From positions 94,364,001-94,428,000 of the forward strand of contig OX597823.1 of NCBI GenBank assembly GCA_951406725.2: DNA of 64,000 nucleotides, given 5' to 3'. The position numbers and the translations under genes were made by a program. This stretch comes from Octopus vulgaris (Eukaryota). Below the pieces are notes generated by a model. It made no database searches, was not told the DNA's origin, and worked only from the letters and a program-made list of their open reading frames with translations. Below are positions 12,782 to 25,529 of this stretch, piece after piece. How positions within the stretch are numbered: position 1 is the stretch's first letter; every line of letters begins with the position of its first letter.

Positions 12782-13126
12782 GAAGAAACTCGTGAATAAG
12801 ACATTTTAACAGAAAACGATGGATAGGTATAGTGATTAACTGAACGCTATTATATTGTTTCAAAAAAACGTTATAAGATATAACGTCAGAAGTACCCTAT
12901 AGAAAGAGGAGGGATAAAGTACATAAAAACTAAATAAATGAGAAGTATATGAATACATGTATATTAAATAAAATCTCATAGACTAGGAAAAATATATATC
13001 TAGTGAATGTGAAATGTAAAAAGAAAATTAATGTTTAAATTATTTACAATGATAGTAATCACTTATATGAACTAAAGGTGTGTTTCTGACAATGTTTACA
13101 TCAGTATGCACACTCTATAACTGTGT

Positions 13127-13441
13127 TTACAATGGGATTTTTAGAATAAAAAATAGTTCAGAATTACAGAGAAGACAGAATTCCTTGCCTTTGTCATAAG
13201 GTATCGAGATTGAGAGAATCATCCAATCTAAATTAAATTGTTCATTGTGGTCTTTTAGTTCCCAAATTAATGTACTAAGCCATGTACTGTTACGTTTATT
13301 CCTATGCCTAAATGTAGAGTAATGATTAAAAATTATTTTAGATAACTGTGAATACGTGCTTCGAATATAAAAATATACTTGATTACGAGTAGTAATTTTA
13401 CAGTGGTATATAGAATTTTTAATTTTAGAGTTACTTGACAT
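13127..13441 (-). pseudogene. GIY-YIG endonuclease domain of the Penelope-like element
   Basis: SIY...YIR(G)ST, H, W and CxxC..E pattern typical of PLE endonucleases; YIG is mutated to YIR. Confidence 0.8.
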
Positions 13442-13947
13442 AAACCTGATTCTGTTATAATTGACTTCAGATACAATAACCTTGTTATTAATATTTCTAG
13501 TGGAATGGATGGTATTAGCTAAATTAATGTTAGTATTAGTAAATGTACTAATATTTAACAGGTTGATATTATGTGAAGAAATAATTTGTAAGAGATTTTT
13601 AGTGTTGGAAAAACCAATCCTAACCGTATGTGAGTTGATAATAGAGTAATACCTAGAATTCTTTGGAAAATTCTTAATAATAGCTTCACGAACTGCGATG
13701 GGAAATTAGATTTGATTTGGCTCCCATATGGAATAATTAACCAAATGGTTTTACTACTAGATATCTTATTTTTAGTGTAATTATTTTTGAAAGACTTTAA
13801 TTTACCCTTAAAATGAAAATAGGGGATTAAATAAGGGTTATCGCCCTTCCTCCGTTTTGTTTTGGTGTATAAGTTAAAATTGATATCGTTAATTTCTTTA
13901 CAACTAGATTTCATATCTACATTTGTAAAGTTAGAATATTCTAATAG

Positions 13948-14064
13948 ACTTTGCCTTTCATCCTTTCGAGGCCGATAAAATAAGTACCTGTTGAACACTG
14001 AGGTCAATGTAACCGACCTGTCCCTCCCCTAAAATTTCTGGCTTTGTGCCAAAATTTGAAACCA
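13948..14064 (+). mobile_element. Meta-domain SINE (family A), 5'-truncated
   Basis: gactttgcctttcatcctttcgaggccgataaaataagtacc matches the MetaSINE-type central domain seen in the full copies. Confidence 0.75.
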
Positions 14065-14557
14065 AAGTATTTTGTCGAATTGCAACTGTTATTCTTGCTG
14101 CCGTCTTTGTTGCTTTACTATTACCGATGACAATAGGCACCTTGTTGGTCGGTGCTGCCGCAAGTGTAACACCTGGGTCTTCTCTTTACCACAACTGTCA
14201 TATGTCATTTTTCAAAGGAGGTTCAAAGGAGTTCACAGTTCATATCATATAACTTCATCTTGAAATTCGAAACAAGTTTACTGGTATAAAATTTGTAGAA
14301 ATCTGTCTATAAATAATTAATAATGTTAATGATTTCTAAAATGACAAATGGAAGCAACGTCGCGAGAGTGGATTCAATGAACCAAATTTGCCGCCATATT
14401 TTAATGTTTTTAATTGCTTATAAACTCAGGAGTAAAAAACCGTGAGACAAACCTCGGTGGGTATCGTAATTAATCGTAATTAGTCGTAATGGTAAGCAAC
14501 TAAATAGCTCAAGGCATTATGTCCGATACTCTAACGATTATGCTACCTAATGCTCTC

Positions 14558-14625
<68 letters not shown>

Positions 14626-14654
14626 CAACAACAATAATAACAACAACAATAATA

Positions 14655-14873
14655 ATTTTGGCACAAGGTCATCAGCATCTGGCAGGGAGTAAGTCGATTA
14701 CATCAACCCCAGTGCTGGGGTTGATCTAAACTGGTATTTATTTTATCGACCCCCCGAAAAGCATGAAAGACAAAGTCTAGCTCAGCGGAATTTGAACTCA
14801 GAACGTAAAGACGAACTAAAAGCATCTAAACAGTTTGTCCGGCGTGATAACGATTCTGCCAGTTCGCTGCCTT
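14655..14873 (-). mobile_element. Meta-domain SINE (family A)
   Basis: Reverse complement gives ggcagcgaactggcagaatcgtta...gagttcaaattccgc...ctttcatg...tcgataaaataaataccag. Confidence 0.75.
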
Positions 14874-14929
14874 AAAAATATTGATGATGATGATGATGAA
14901 AATAATCACGATGACGACTAAGACCGTGG

Positions 14930-15041
14930 AGTAAGGTGGTGGTTTTGGTGGTGGTTGTGGTGGTATGGTAGTGGCGGTGGTGCAGGAGGGAGATAATAGT
15001 GATGACGGAGATCGTGGAGCTGAGAGTGCTGAGAGTGCTGA

Positions 15042-15091
<50 letters not shown>

Positions 15092-15458
15092 TTTTGGTGG
15101 TGGTGGTGGTGGTGATGGTGGTGGTGGTGGTGGTGGTGGTGGTGGTGTGATGGTAGTGATGTGGTGGTGGTGTGATGGTAGTGATGTGGTGGTGGTGGTG
15201 ATCGTTATGGTAGTTGAAATGGTGGTAGTAGTGGTCATATTGGTGGTGGTAGTAGCAGTAGTAGTAGTAGTAGTTGTTGTTGTAGTTGGAGGAGGAGGAG
15301 GAGGAGGAGGAGGAGGAAGAGGAGTAATTGTAGATGTAGTGGTTTTGGTATAAGTAGCGGTGTAGGAGTTGCAATGATATTTTAGTGGTGGTGGTGGTGG
15401 TGGTGGTGGTGGTGGTGGTGGTGGCAGTGGTTGTGGTGGTGGTGGTGGTAGTGATGAC

Positions 15459-15489
<31 letters not shown>

Positions 15490-15610
15490 GAAGTGATGGG
15501 GGAGGAGATGATGATGGTGGTGGTGGTAATGGCGGCAGCGGCGGCGGCGGCGGCGATGGCGGTGGTAACGGTGGTGACGATGGTGGCACCGTTACCGATG
15601 CTCATCGCCA
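14930..15610. repeat. Compound trinucleotide tract (GGT/AGT/GAT/GGA/GCG)
   Basis: Direct inspection; it generates poly-P/T/V/H ORFs in several frames. Confidence 0.9.
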
Positions 15611-15947
15611 TGATAAACTCCTAGCAATGTAATTGAAACGAATATCAACGATGTCAGATGAGGATATAGATGACAAGTTGCCAAATTTAAGTGATTCTAT
15701 CAGCCATTACATTTATAGAGACGGTTGTGAATACTAGTGGCAGCACTTCGAATGGGGCGGGCATGGGCGGAAGGAGGTTAAAGTTGTCATGGAAATGGTA
15801 ATAAGAAGATAATTGGTTTCGGTGGGGAACCATAATATTAATGCATCATGACTGTGTGTAGCATGGGTGTGTGTGTGTATCGATATATGAATATATTTAT
15901 AATTACGTTTGTGTATGTATACGTATGTGCGTATATATATACATACA

Positions 15948-16017
<70 letters not shown>

Positions 16018-16182
16018 TTTATATACATATACATACATATATATACATATACATACCTATACATACATATAGATAGATAGAGAGAGAGATAAATAGATAG
16101 AACGACGGACAGACAGACAGATAGACAGACTGACAGACAGACGTCAGACAGATAGACAGACAGACAGAGAGACGGACGGACG

Positions 16183-16350
<168 letters not shown>

Positions 16351-16684
16351 TGTATGTATGTATAAGAGGCAAAGCTGATGGTGGTGAAAAGAAGGCGGAA
16401 GTCCTGCTGTTATTGAAAACGGAAGAGAGCATACCTACAAACTCTGTAAAGAAATGCACAGATCGAAAGACAAACGTATTAATGTATAACTACAAGGACA
16501 ATTATACGTATGTATAATTACATATATATTATCAATATTGTTATTATCATCCTCATCATCATTATTAATATTATTATTTTATTATTATCATTAACATCAT
16601 CATTATTATTATTATGTTTTTTCTTTCTTTCTTCAAATTTTCTTCAGAGTGTTTTCCATACACCTAGGGCTATTATTATTATTA

Positions 16685-16733
<49 letters not shown>

Positions 16734-17054
16734 ATAGTTATTCAACATTTAGTAGTTTGATGCAAATTTCTATGGCATCATTATTTTTCATTCCTTCGTA
16801 ACACAGTGTAGGTAAATATGCACCGGAGTCTTTAGCGAGCTGTCAAGTCACAATAAGGACCTCTGGCAGATAATACTTACCTTAAGATGAGCACCAAACA
16901 TCTGCAGGCATTCAACGATCCAAGAATGAGGCATAATATCATATACCTTCAATCCAAGCCATACTTATATTTATATGATGTTTCTTACAATGCCTCAAAA
17001 CTGTTTAATCAATGACCAGACGATCCTTGGTACCCTGAGAACTCTTTTTACATC

Positions 17055-17720
17055 CTTTTTGTTGTTGTTGTTTCTTTTCATTTCAGGTTTTGTTGGAGCT
17101 CCTGGAGCCTTGCATGCGTAGCGGACTTACTACCTGCAGGCTACGGTACCATGCTATTCGTTCTTTTCAGCTATCTAATGCTTTCCTGATTATTCTGGCC
17201 GTACCAAAGAGACAAACCTTTTGTAACAGTTCTACTGGGCACTCTATTCCAATTTCTTTTATATTCCGCTTGATGCCATCTGATACTGTCCCTAAGGACC
17301 CGACAATAATTTGCATCTCTTCGCCTTTTTCATTTTCCATAAACGGAATATTTCGTACTGAAGAGGGTTCTATCAATTTACCTTTTCGCCTTCCTTCTTG
17401 ACTATTCGCGGGTCAAAGGGGCATGCAACATCAACTATATAACAAATGTGGTGCATCTTCTTGACCACCACTAGCTCCGGTCTGTTATGCTCTAGCACCT
17501 GATCTGTTTGAATTGGGAAACCCCAGAGGATTTTGCAAGTCTCCGATTCCGCCACTCTCTGCGGTTTGTGCTCATACCACCTCTAGCTTCTCTCTAGCCC
17601 CCACTTTCCGCACAGTTTCAAGCCTTCCCTGTGTATTGGCTACAGAAAATGTTCTAATATTGGGGAATATAAGACATCGACAGAGAAAAGTGGGTATTAG
17701 TACACCTGAGAATCGAACCT
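17055..17720 (-). mobile_element. R4/Dong-like LINE 3' fragment (restriction-like endonuclease)
   Basis: KILWGFPIQTDQVLEHNRPELVVVKK..CYIVDVACPFD..KEGEK and IIVGSLG..LLQKVCLFGTARIIRKAL*; short (AAC)n tail. Confidence 0.85.
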
Positions 17721-17794
17721 ATTTTTTCCATCGAGGGGCTTGTATGCCCCAATATTTTCTTTAGCCAATACACGAAGACAGGCCGACCAAAGCC

Positions 17795-18110
17795 TTGTGC
17801 AACATCGCTGAGGTTTTGTATTTTCTGCGAGACTTTCGTATCGTCTGCGTAGCTTGCAAGGGTGGCTATCCGGGTACTTGAGGACATATCTGAGAGAGCC
17901 ACTATAAAAAGCAGTGGTCCAAAGACAGTGCCTTGTGGAACACCACTCACTAGTTGTGTTTTCATAGAGGTGGCTCCATTAGCCACTACTGCCCGACTTC
18001 TATCTTTCAGAAAGTCATGTAACCACTCTCCCAGTTTTCCAGCTATGCTGAGATCACGAGGTTTGTGGCATATCATACCATGATTCACCTTGTCAAAAGC
18101 TTTTGCAAAC
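17795..18110 (-). mobile_element. CR1/Jockey-group LINE reverse transcriptase fragment
   Basis: FAKAFDKVNH...SGVPQGTVFGPLLF...YADDTKV. Confidence 0.9.
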
Positions 18111-18269
18111 ATTACTAGTAAGCACCGGCATTGCTAGAAATAGAAGTCAAAACAACTCTTAGCCACGGGCAAGTGCTTATCTAATGACTGACAATGGAGA
18201 TAAGCTCCCTACTGCGACTCACATGTTGTAAGGAGCTTGTCTCTGTTGTCAGTCATTAGATGATTGTTC

Positions 18270-18680
18270 ATGGCTAAGAGTTGTGACTCAGGGCTTCTAG
18301 TTGACCAAGGGACCGGTCCGATTCTTTCAATCTCACCAATATCTTGGACATTGTGTGGTAAAGAATATTTGCAGATTAAAATCCCGTGTGGTTGTGTGCC
18401 GTCTTGCTGTAGAATAATCGTTGAGAATATTTGCTTTGTCTTCAAATCTGGTGCCAAAACATTTCTAAGGAACTCCATGTGTGTATCCGTCTTTTTAATG
18501 GTTAAACAAAATAATGGCATATAAAGGAAAATATGTTGTAATGTGTGGTCCATTGAAAGCAACTACCATGGGTTTCGTGTGAGTTTTTATAAACTCAAAG
18601 ATGACTTTGCCCTCAACTTGAAAGCTGGTTTCAGATGTTTTTTATACAGTTTTCACTGTTGAATGGTGGGCGTTATATCA
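18270..18680 (-). mobile_element. Tc1/mariner transposase remnant (catalytic domain)
   Basis: ILQQDGTQPH...IGPVPWSTRSPE matches QQDGAPPH...WPxRSPDL. Confidence 0.75.
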
Positions 18681-19510
18681 TACGTGTATATGACGCCTTT
18701 CCTTTAAAGACGCAAAACCATGAAACTTAAGTTCAAAAGGAGCAAATATTAATGGAATCTCATTTAGAAATGATAGAAAGAGACATAGAAAGAGGTGGAC
18801 TTATTTATAAGGTCACGTGGGAGAATATTGATTCAAACGAAAATAAAGGAAATAGTATTTAGAATTGACTGAAAAAGTGTAGTTAATCGGAATACTAAAG
18901 TAATTTAGTCGAGAGGGTGGTTTTGGAGATAAATATTGAAAAACAAAGGAAAATGTTCAATAAGCGTCCCTTGAAATTCCAGGAAGAGATTGAAAACCCT
19001 ACCTTTTTTTATGTTACTTCTTCGCAGCCCCTTTATCGACAAGGCCATCAAAGCAGCAATGTTTCGATCCCTCGACCGAATGAATATTTAGAAAGATATA
19101 TTTTTAGCAATGATTTTTATTGTTTGTCTGACCTGGGATTGATCTCAAAACCCACAAGTTAGACCTGTGCACATAATACTTAATTGTCGTTTCTCTTCTT
19201 GTCCCATTATCCTATAGGACAGTTCCGTACCACAAATCAGGTAAACGTACCATTTTTATGATTATCACTTTAATATTCACTGATTGTTAATTAAAATATT
19301 TAGAATATTTGCATGAGACACGTATGGCAACTTTTAGATTTTCTGTTGTTTTCTCTGGGTTTGAAGAAGATTGAAGCCATAAATTAGCCGTAAAAGAATG
19401 ATCACTTAAATTCTTTATAGGACTAGATTCAATAAATCTCCGTTTTCTTGCCTTTTGCAGTTACTACTGCTACTGTTGTTGTTGCTGCTGCTGCTTCTGT
19501 TGCTGTTGCT

Positions 19511-19880
19511 GTTGAGCGAACGGTCTTCGTCTCGGAGCTTGCAAGATGGGAGAAGTCCGAAACGTGGTCCTTTGCTATTCGTAAGACCCGCAGAAGAGAA
19601 AGTAGGTCAACCCCCGACACCGAGAGCATCGACGGATGGACGAATGCGCATCCAGGCTCAGCGGTTGCGTAGGAAGTCGGGGACAAGAAACAGGAAGAAA
19701 GAGTGAGAGAAAGTTGGAGCGAAAGAGTACAACAGGGGTCACCGCCACCCCCTGCCGAAGCCTTGTGGAGCTTTAGGTGTTTTCGCTCAATAAACACACA
19801 CAACGCCCAGTCTGGGAATCGAAACCGCGATCCTCCGACCGCAAGTCCGCTGCCCTAACCACTGGGCCATTGCGCCTCCA
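19511..19880 (-). mobile_element. tRNA-derived SINE (family C, tail type 1)
   Basis: tggaggcgcaatggcccagtggttagggcagcggacttgcggtcggaggatcgcggtttcgattccc head with A/B boxes; ends in a (CAA/CAG)n tail. Confidence 0.85.
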
Positions 19881-20204
19881 CTGATGATGCTGCTGTTGAG
19901 TCCCAGGTGAGTCTAATTAACAATCAGATCAATAATTGAAGACCTTCCTACCGTGACAATTCTCATTATATATCAATAATATTCTCAAACATATACCATT
20001 ATTAAACAGGGGTTCGGTTGCGCATACTATAGGAGTCACAGGGCGCTGCTTCATGTGGCCCCGCAGAAATATTAGGGTCTCATCTATTGTCTTGTGTTCA
20101 AGATCCTCTGCAAGACATCCTGATAGTTCAAAGCCAGGAATCTAATCTGTTAGGTCCTGTCAATAACTAAATCCACGCCCCGCTGCCGACCCTTCGATTT
20201 ATTG

Positions 20205-20335
20205 TCGTTCAGGTTTTGTCTGTCTCCTACCCTTCAATCTGTCTTGCCTGGTAAGACCTGCCTGAAGATTTCTCTCCCTCCAGCATAGCTCCCCAGGTCA
20301 GTGGAGCACACAGGCACTTCACCGCGACAAGGTAC
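20205..20335 (-). mobile_element. RTE/Expander-like 5' UTR fragment
   Basis: taccttgtcgcggtg...gtgctccactgacctggggagctatgctgg...ggcaagacagattgaagggtaggagacagacaaa resembles RTE 5' ends, from recall. Confidence 0.5.
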
Positions 20336-20379
20336 TTGTTGAATTGACCGTTGACTACAAAGTAGTTCTTCCGCCCTTC

Positions 20380-20411
<32 letters not shown>

Positions 20412-20415
20412 TATG

Positions 20416-20610
20416 TAGTTGGAATTTACAAAAAACAAAAGACAAAGACAGGTGTGTAAACAACAAACAGGTTTATTAGTTTAACGCTCGGGAAGGTGAG
20501 ATAGTCTTTTACGTTTCTAGCCTATGCTCTTCAACAGAAAGGAACACAAGAACATAAACAGAGAAAGAATAAAAAACGAAAGCTTTAGTAGCTAGCGGTC
20601 AAATTGCTGC
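20416..20610 (-). mobile_element. Family D repeat with HHR-like motif
   Basis: Reverse complement cctttCTGTTGAagagcataggctaGAAACGTAaaagac at ~20504-20542. Confidence 0.7.
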
Positions 20611-20622
20611 GCACATACTATA

Positions 20623-20658
<36 letters not shown>

Positions 20659-21651
20659 TGTATGTATGTATGTATATACACGTATATATATGGATATATA
20701 TTAGCAATTCCGCAATTCATTTCTTATAGATGGTTGGGTCGCCGGCGACTAAACTGGCAAACCCATCCAGCCTGCTTGTTGGAAAAGGTGATTGTTGGAC
20801 ACCCTGTGGGACGAAAAACACCGTACAACTTTCCTAAATAAATAAAGAATGCTTTGAATAATAATATTGTCTGCGAATGATTCCATAGAAACATTCCCAG
20901 AAGTAACTCCCTGGTTTTGGCTCTGACTCCGTCCTAAACTAGATATGCACACCTTCAGAACGTGACTTGCTAAGAAGTAGATTAAAAACAGGACGAGAAC
21001 AATTAAACAAATATGTATGATTCTATTCTTTACAGATGTACCAGAAGCTGAACCGCTTCTGGTTAGGCTAACACACAATTATGGAATGATCTTATTATTC
21101 TAACCGTCCTTTTTGAGCAGCCAAACTTGTGCAGGGATTTGCAGAGGACATCACGGTTTAGTGTATCAATAATGCTATCGTCTGCTTTCATAACAGAGAG
21201 AAGCCATGTTTTCATGAGTTCTCCCTATTTGAACAGCGTGAATGTACGCTAAATTAAGATGATCATAGATAAGATGCTAGGAAAATGTTTGATCAGCAAA
21301 TATCCAGTGATACATCTACTTGAATCGAATTAGCAGAGGTAATTCAATAGCAGCGACTGATATCACAACTGCTGCAACAACAGCAATGACAACGACGACG
21401 GCGGCGGTGGCGGCGGTGGCGACGACTATGGCGATGATGACACTGCCTGGTGCAATGAGACGCCGCAGAATGTACAAGAAATACAAAGAAAAGACGCGGA
21501 AGACAGTTTGGTTAAACAACTTCAGTTAATTGGAAGCGAGAAATTAAAATTATACGTACACACACACACACACACACCACTCGTACAGCCCAACACACGA
21601 GTGTGCGTGTGTGTGAGTGTGTGTGCAGAGTGAGTATGTGCGGAGTAATTA

Positions 21652-21700
<49 letters not shown>

Positions 21701-21736
21701 TATTTATATGTATATACGTATCTATCTATCTATCTA

Positions 21737-21771
<35 letters not shown>

Positions 21772-21813
21772 GTATCTATTTATCTATATATATATCTATA
21801 TCTATATAGATAC

Positions 21814-21871
<58 letters not shown>

Positions 21872-22932
21872 GTATCTATATAGATATAGATATATAGATA
21901 TATATACGTATCTATATAGATATATATGCATACATATATGTATGTTATGTATGTTATGTATGTAACCACGCTGGAAGGTAAAAGCACATAAAAGCTAATA
22001 CAACGAAGAATAGTTGCAGGATGAGAAGAAGATCAAAAAGAAAGAAAAACACAAAAGAAAACGTTATAAAGAGATAAAAAAAAGGTGAAAAGTTAGACTG
22101 ATATACAAAAGAAAACACACACACACACACAAACATATTTATATAACTATATGCATATATTTTACGTATATATATATATGATATAATAAAATATAACATA
22201 AAGACGCTGGTTAATTAAATAATGAGCATAAAGTAATTAACAAAGTCTTAAGAACAGGCAACAAAAGAATGAGATAGTAAAAAAAAACATGAAAAAAAAG
22301 AGTCAAATCTAATAGTGCTGTAACTTCATTTTTCTTGAGGTTTTAGTAAGAGGTGGGGTACAGAGAGAGGTGGTGGTGGTGGTGGTGGTGGTGGTGGTGA
22401 TGGTGGTGGTGGTGGTGGTAGTGGTGGTGGTGGTGATGGTGGTGGTGGTGGTGGTGGCTGAGGTTTTGTAAAATGGTAATAAAAGAAACAAAGAAAAGAA
22501 GGAGTGAAAGAAATCGTTATATAAATTAAATAAAGTAATTAAAATTTGAAATTAAGCAAAATAATAATAATAAAAGATACAATAAATAGAGTATACACAG
22601 AAAGAAACAGAAAAGAAGCAAAAATGATAATTTAAATTAGATAAGTATAAAAAACGATGCACAAGATGGCGGAACGAGAGAAATAAGTTGAGAGGGAAAA
22701 TAGGAAAAATTGTGTAAAAAAGAAAAGGAGGCGAAGTCTGCGAGTAATTGGTGATGAGTTTTCGTTGTCGATGAAGAAGTATCTAACCAAGCTATAGCTA
22801 GTTAATTAATTCTACTAATTTAGTTAATAATAACCACGTTATATTGTATTAGAAGTTAGTGTAATGGCGAGGTGAAGGTAAAAGATGAAAGACAGAGAAC
22901 TCTGTGTGCATGTGTATGTGCTCGTGTTTGTG

Positions 22933-22979
<47 letters not shown>

Positions 22980-23100
22980 ATGTCTGTATATATATATATA
23001 TATATATATAAACACATTTGAGTATACATATACGTTAATATAGAGAGATAGCTAGGTCGACAGATAGACATAGACACATAGATATATGCATGTGTGTGTG

Positions 23101-23148
<48 letters not shown>

Positions 23149-23293
23149 TGTGTATATATATATATAGGCGTAACTGTGTGCGTAGTTTGCTTCTCAACCA
23201 CATGGTCCCAGGTTCAGGCCCACTGCGTAGCAACTTGGGCAAGTGTCTTCTTATATAGCCCCGGGCCGACCAATGCATCAAATTCATATAGGC

Positions 23294-23341
<48 letters not shown>

Positions 23342-24022
23342 ATGTATGTATTTATATATATATATATATGTATATGTATGTGTGTGCGTATGTGTATATA
23401 TAAAACTATACATATACACACACATATGTTTGTGTGTTTAAGTAAGAACGTACCGTTAGACATACAAATACTCCGCCACGCCCGTGTGTTTGTGTGTGCA
23501 TGTATGTATGTATGTATGTATGTATGTATGTATGTATGTATGTATGTATGTATGTATGTATGTATGTGTGTGTGTGTATGTGTGTGCGTACATGTCTATA
23601 ATGTGAAAGCGCGTGCCTATGTGTATAGGTGTGTGTTGCAAGTGTACGTACGTTTGTGTTTGACTGAAGGCATAGTAAGTTGTGCGAAGTCTTCGATACG
23701 AAATTCTTGCTTCAACGAAGGGAGTTTCGCAGTTGTTCATAGCAATAGTGATGATGATTACGATTTGGTGGGTAGCTGTGGTGGTCGTGTTGGGATTGGT
23801 AGTTGCAAAATTTAGGCGTTGGTGGAGTAGATGCGGGTGGATGTGTTTGGTAGATTGGTATTGCCAGTGGCTAATGGTAAGAGTGGTGATGTCGGATATG
23901 AAGTGTGGGTGTGCGTTTTTGTGTACGCGTTTTCATACGTTTTTGTATGTGTTAATGTGTATATATGTGTGTGTGTGTGTGTGGAGGTACGTATGTATAT
24001 TCATATAGAAAGAGGGAGAGAG

Positions 24023-24065
<43 letters not shown>

Positions 24066-24174
24066 CACGCACACCAACACATATATATATATATCCGAAC
24101 GCATACATATGTATGTATGTATATATACATACATATATAAATATATATACACACCCACACGCTTGTATATATAC

Positions 24175-24228
<54 letters not shown>

Positions 24229-24298
24229 CTATTTCTAAATTAATTTATTATATGTGAGTAAATGTGTGCGCATGTACATTCTTATGTATTTATGTGTG

Positions 24299-24368
<70 letters not shown>

Positions 24369-24515
24369 TGTGTGTTTGCATGTTTATACACATATACACA
24401 TATATGTATGCATACACACACATACACAATATTTAAACGCGCACGCGCACATGCTCCAAGTAAAAGAAAGAGCCAGAGATAATTGAAAGTGAAGAGTGTT
24501 AAGAAGACAGACACG

Positions 24516-24580
<65 letters not shown>

Positions 24581-25466
24581 AGAGAGAGAGAAAGAGAAGG
24601 TGGTGTGTATGTAGGAGGTATGTCTATAAAATCATTAGTTAATTGCCTGATTTCATAGCTTTCAATTAGAACTATTAACAGGATTAGTGGAGTAATTTTT
24701 TGGCGTTGATGAGATTTCGGCAATTAGCTGAAACTAAAGGGCTTTCCTCCTGTGAGGTATTCTACATTGTTAGAAGAGGAGGAACGGGCTGGGGGTAATA
24801 AAGGGATAGGAGCGGTGGGGTGGAGTAGGGGAATATCAAGTAAGGTCAATACAGTTAGTGACTGTATAGGTGTAATGGAGGAGGGTAGTGGTGGTGGTGG
24901 TGGTAGTGGTGGTGGTTAGCAGTGATGATGGTTGTGATGATGATGACGGTGGTGGTGGTGGTGGCGTTGCTTATATTGTTGGTTTTGGTTGTGATAGTGG
25001 TGGTGGTAGTGGTGGTGGTGGTGGTGGTGGTGGTGGCACCGTCGTAACAAGTGACGTGTTTTGTGCATTTTATCTCCTGATGAAATCTTTCTATCTCCGG
25101 GTTTCTAAAACGGGAGGAAGACAAAGGCAGAAAGAATGGGTCAATGAATGAAAAGAATTGGCCCCCAATGAAGGGCTGACATTTCCGAAATAACGAAATG
25201 CAAGTTTGATTCCGGCGCGATTCCAGCTCAGAGTGCCGAGCTACAAAACAATATATTCCACGATCTCTCGACGGGGACAATTGGTCACCTGTGTCAGTAA
25301 GCATTGGGTCACCCTTCAATTGCATGGAGTAAAAGTCGGAGGGAGACAGGATAAACTACCTGTATCAACTTGCTATAAAAGCAGGTAGTAATCTTATCTT
25401 CACTTATTCTAGTGCAAGTTTTGAAGAGTGCAGTTCGATTTTAACAGTTATTTTTTCAAAGCTATA

Positions 25467-25529
25467 ATGGAAGTGACAAAGGAGCGTATTCAACATATTT
25501 TGCACAACGGAAAGTGCGAGGAATATTAA
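25467..25529 (+). mobile_element. mariner transposase N-terminus, left part (interrupted by a Helitron)
   Basis: ATG at 25467: MEVTKERIQHIL...ESARNI; continues at 27143. Confidence 0.7.

Larger units (their letters stand above)
12649..13945 (-). mobile_element. 5'-truncated Penelope-like retroelement (RT-EN linker, GIY-YIG endonuclease, 3' pLTR)
   Basis: TIWLIIPYGSQIKSNFPSQFVKLL...SIINSHTVRIGFSNTKNLLQIISSHN linker, then SIYHCKITT..YFYIRST..NHYSTF..STWLSTLIWELK..LDWMIL..CLLCNSE (GIY-YIG). Frameshifted; 3' end abuts (TA)n. Confidence 0.85.

Noticed and set aside
14826-15611. 261-aa ORF MAMSIGNG... with poly-A/T/I/S/Y/H/L runs
   Set aside because: Compound trinucleotide repeat open in several frames, ending inside a SINE; no domain or splice support.
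19810-19880. Possible tRNA genes (also 41170-41242 and 49901-49975)
   Set aside because: They have A/B boxes but continue into repeat bodies and lack a clean acceptor stem and terminator; they are SINE heads.
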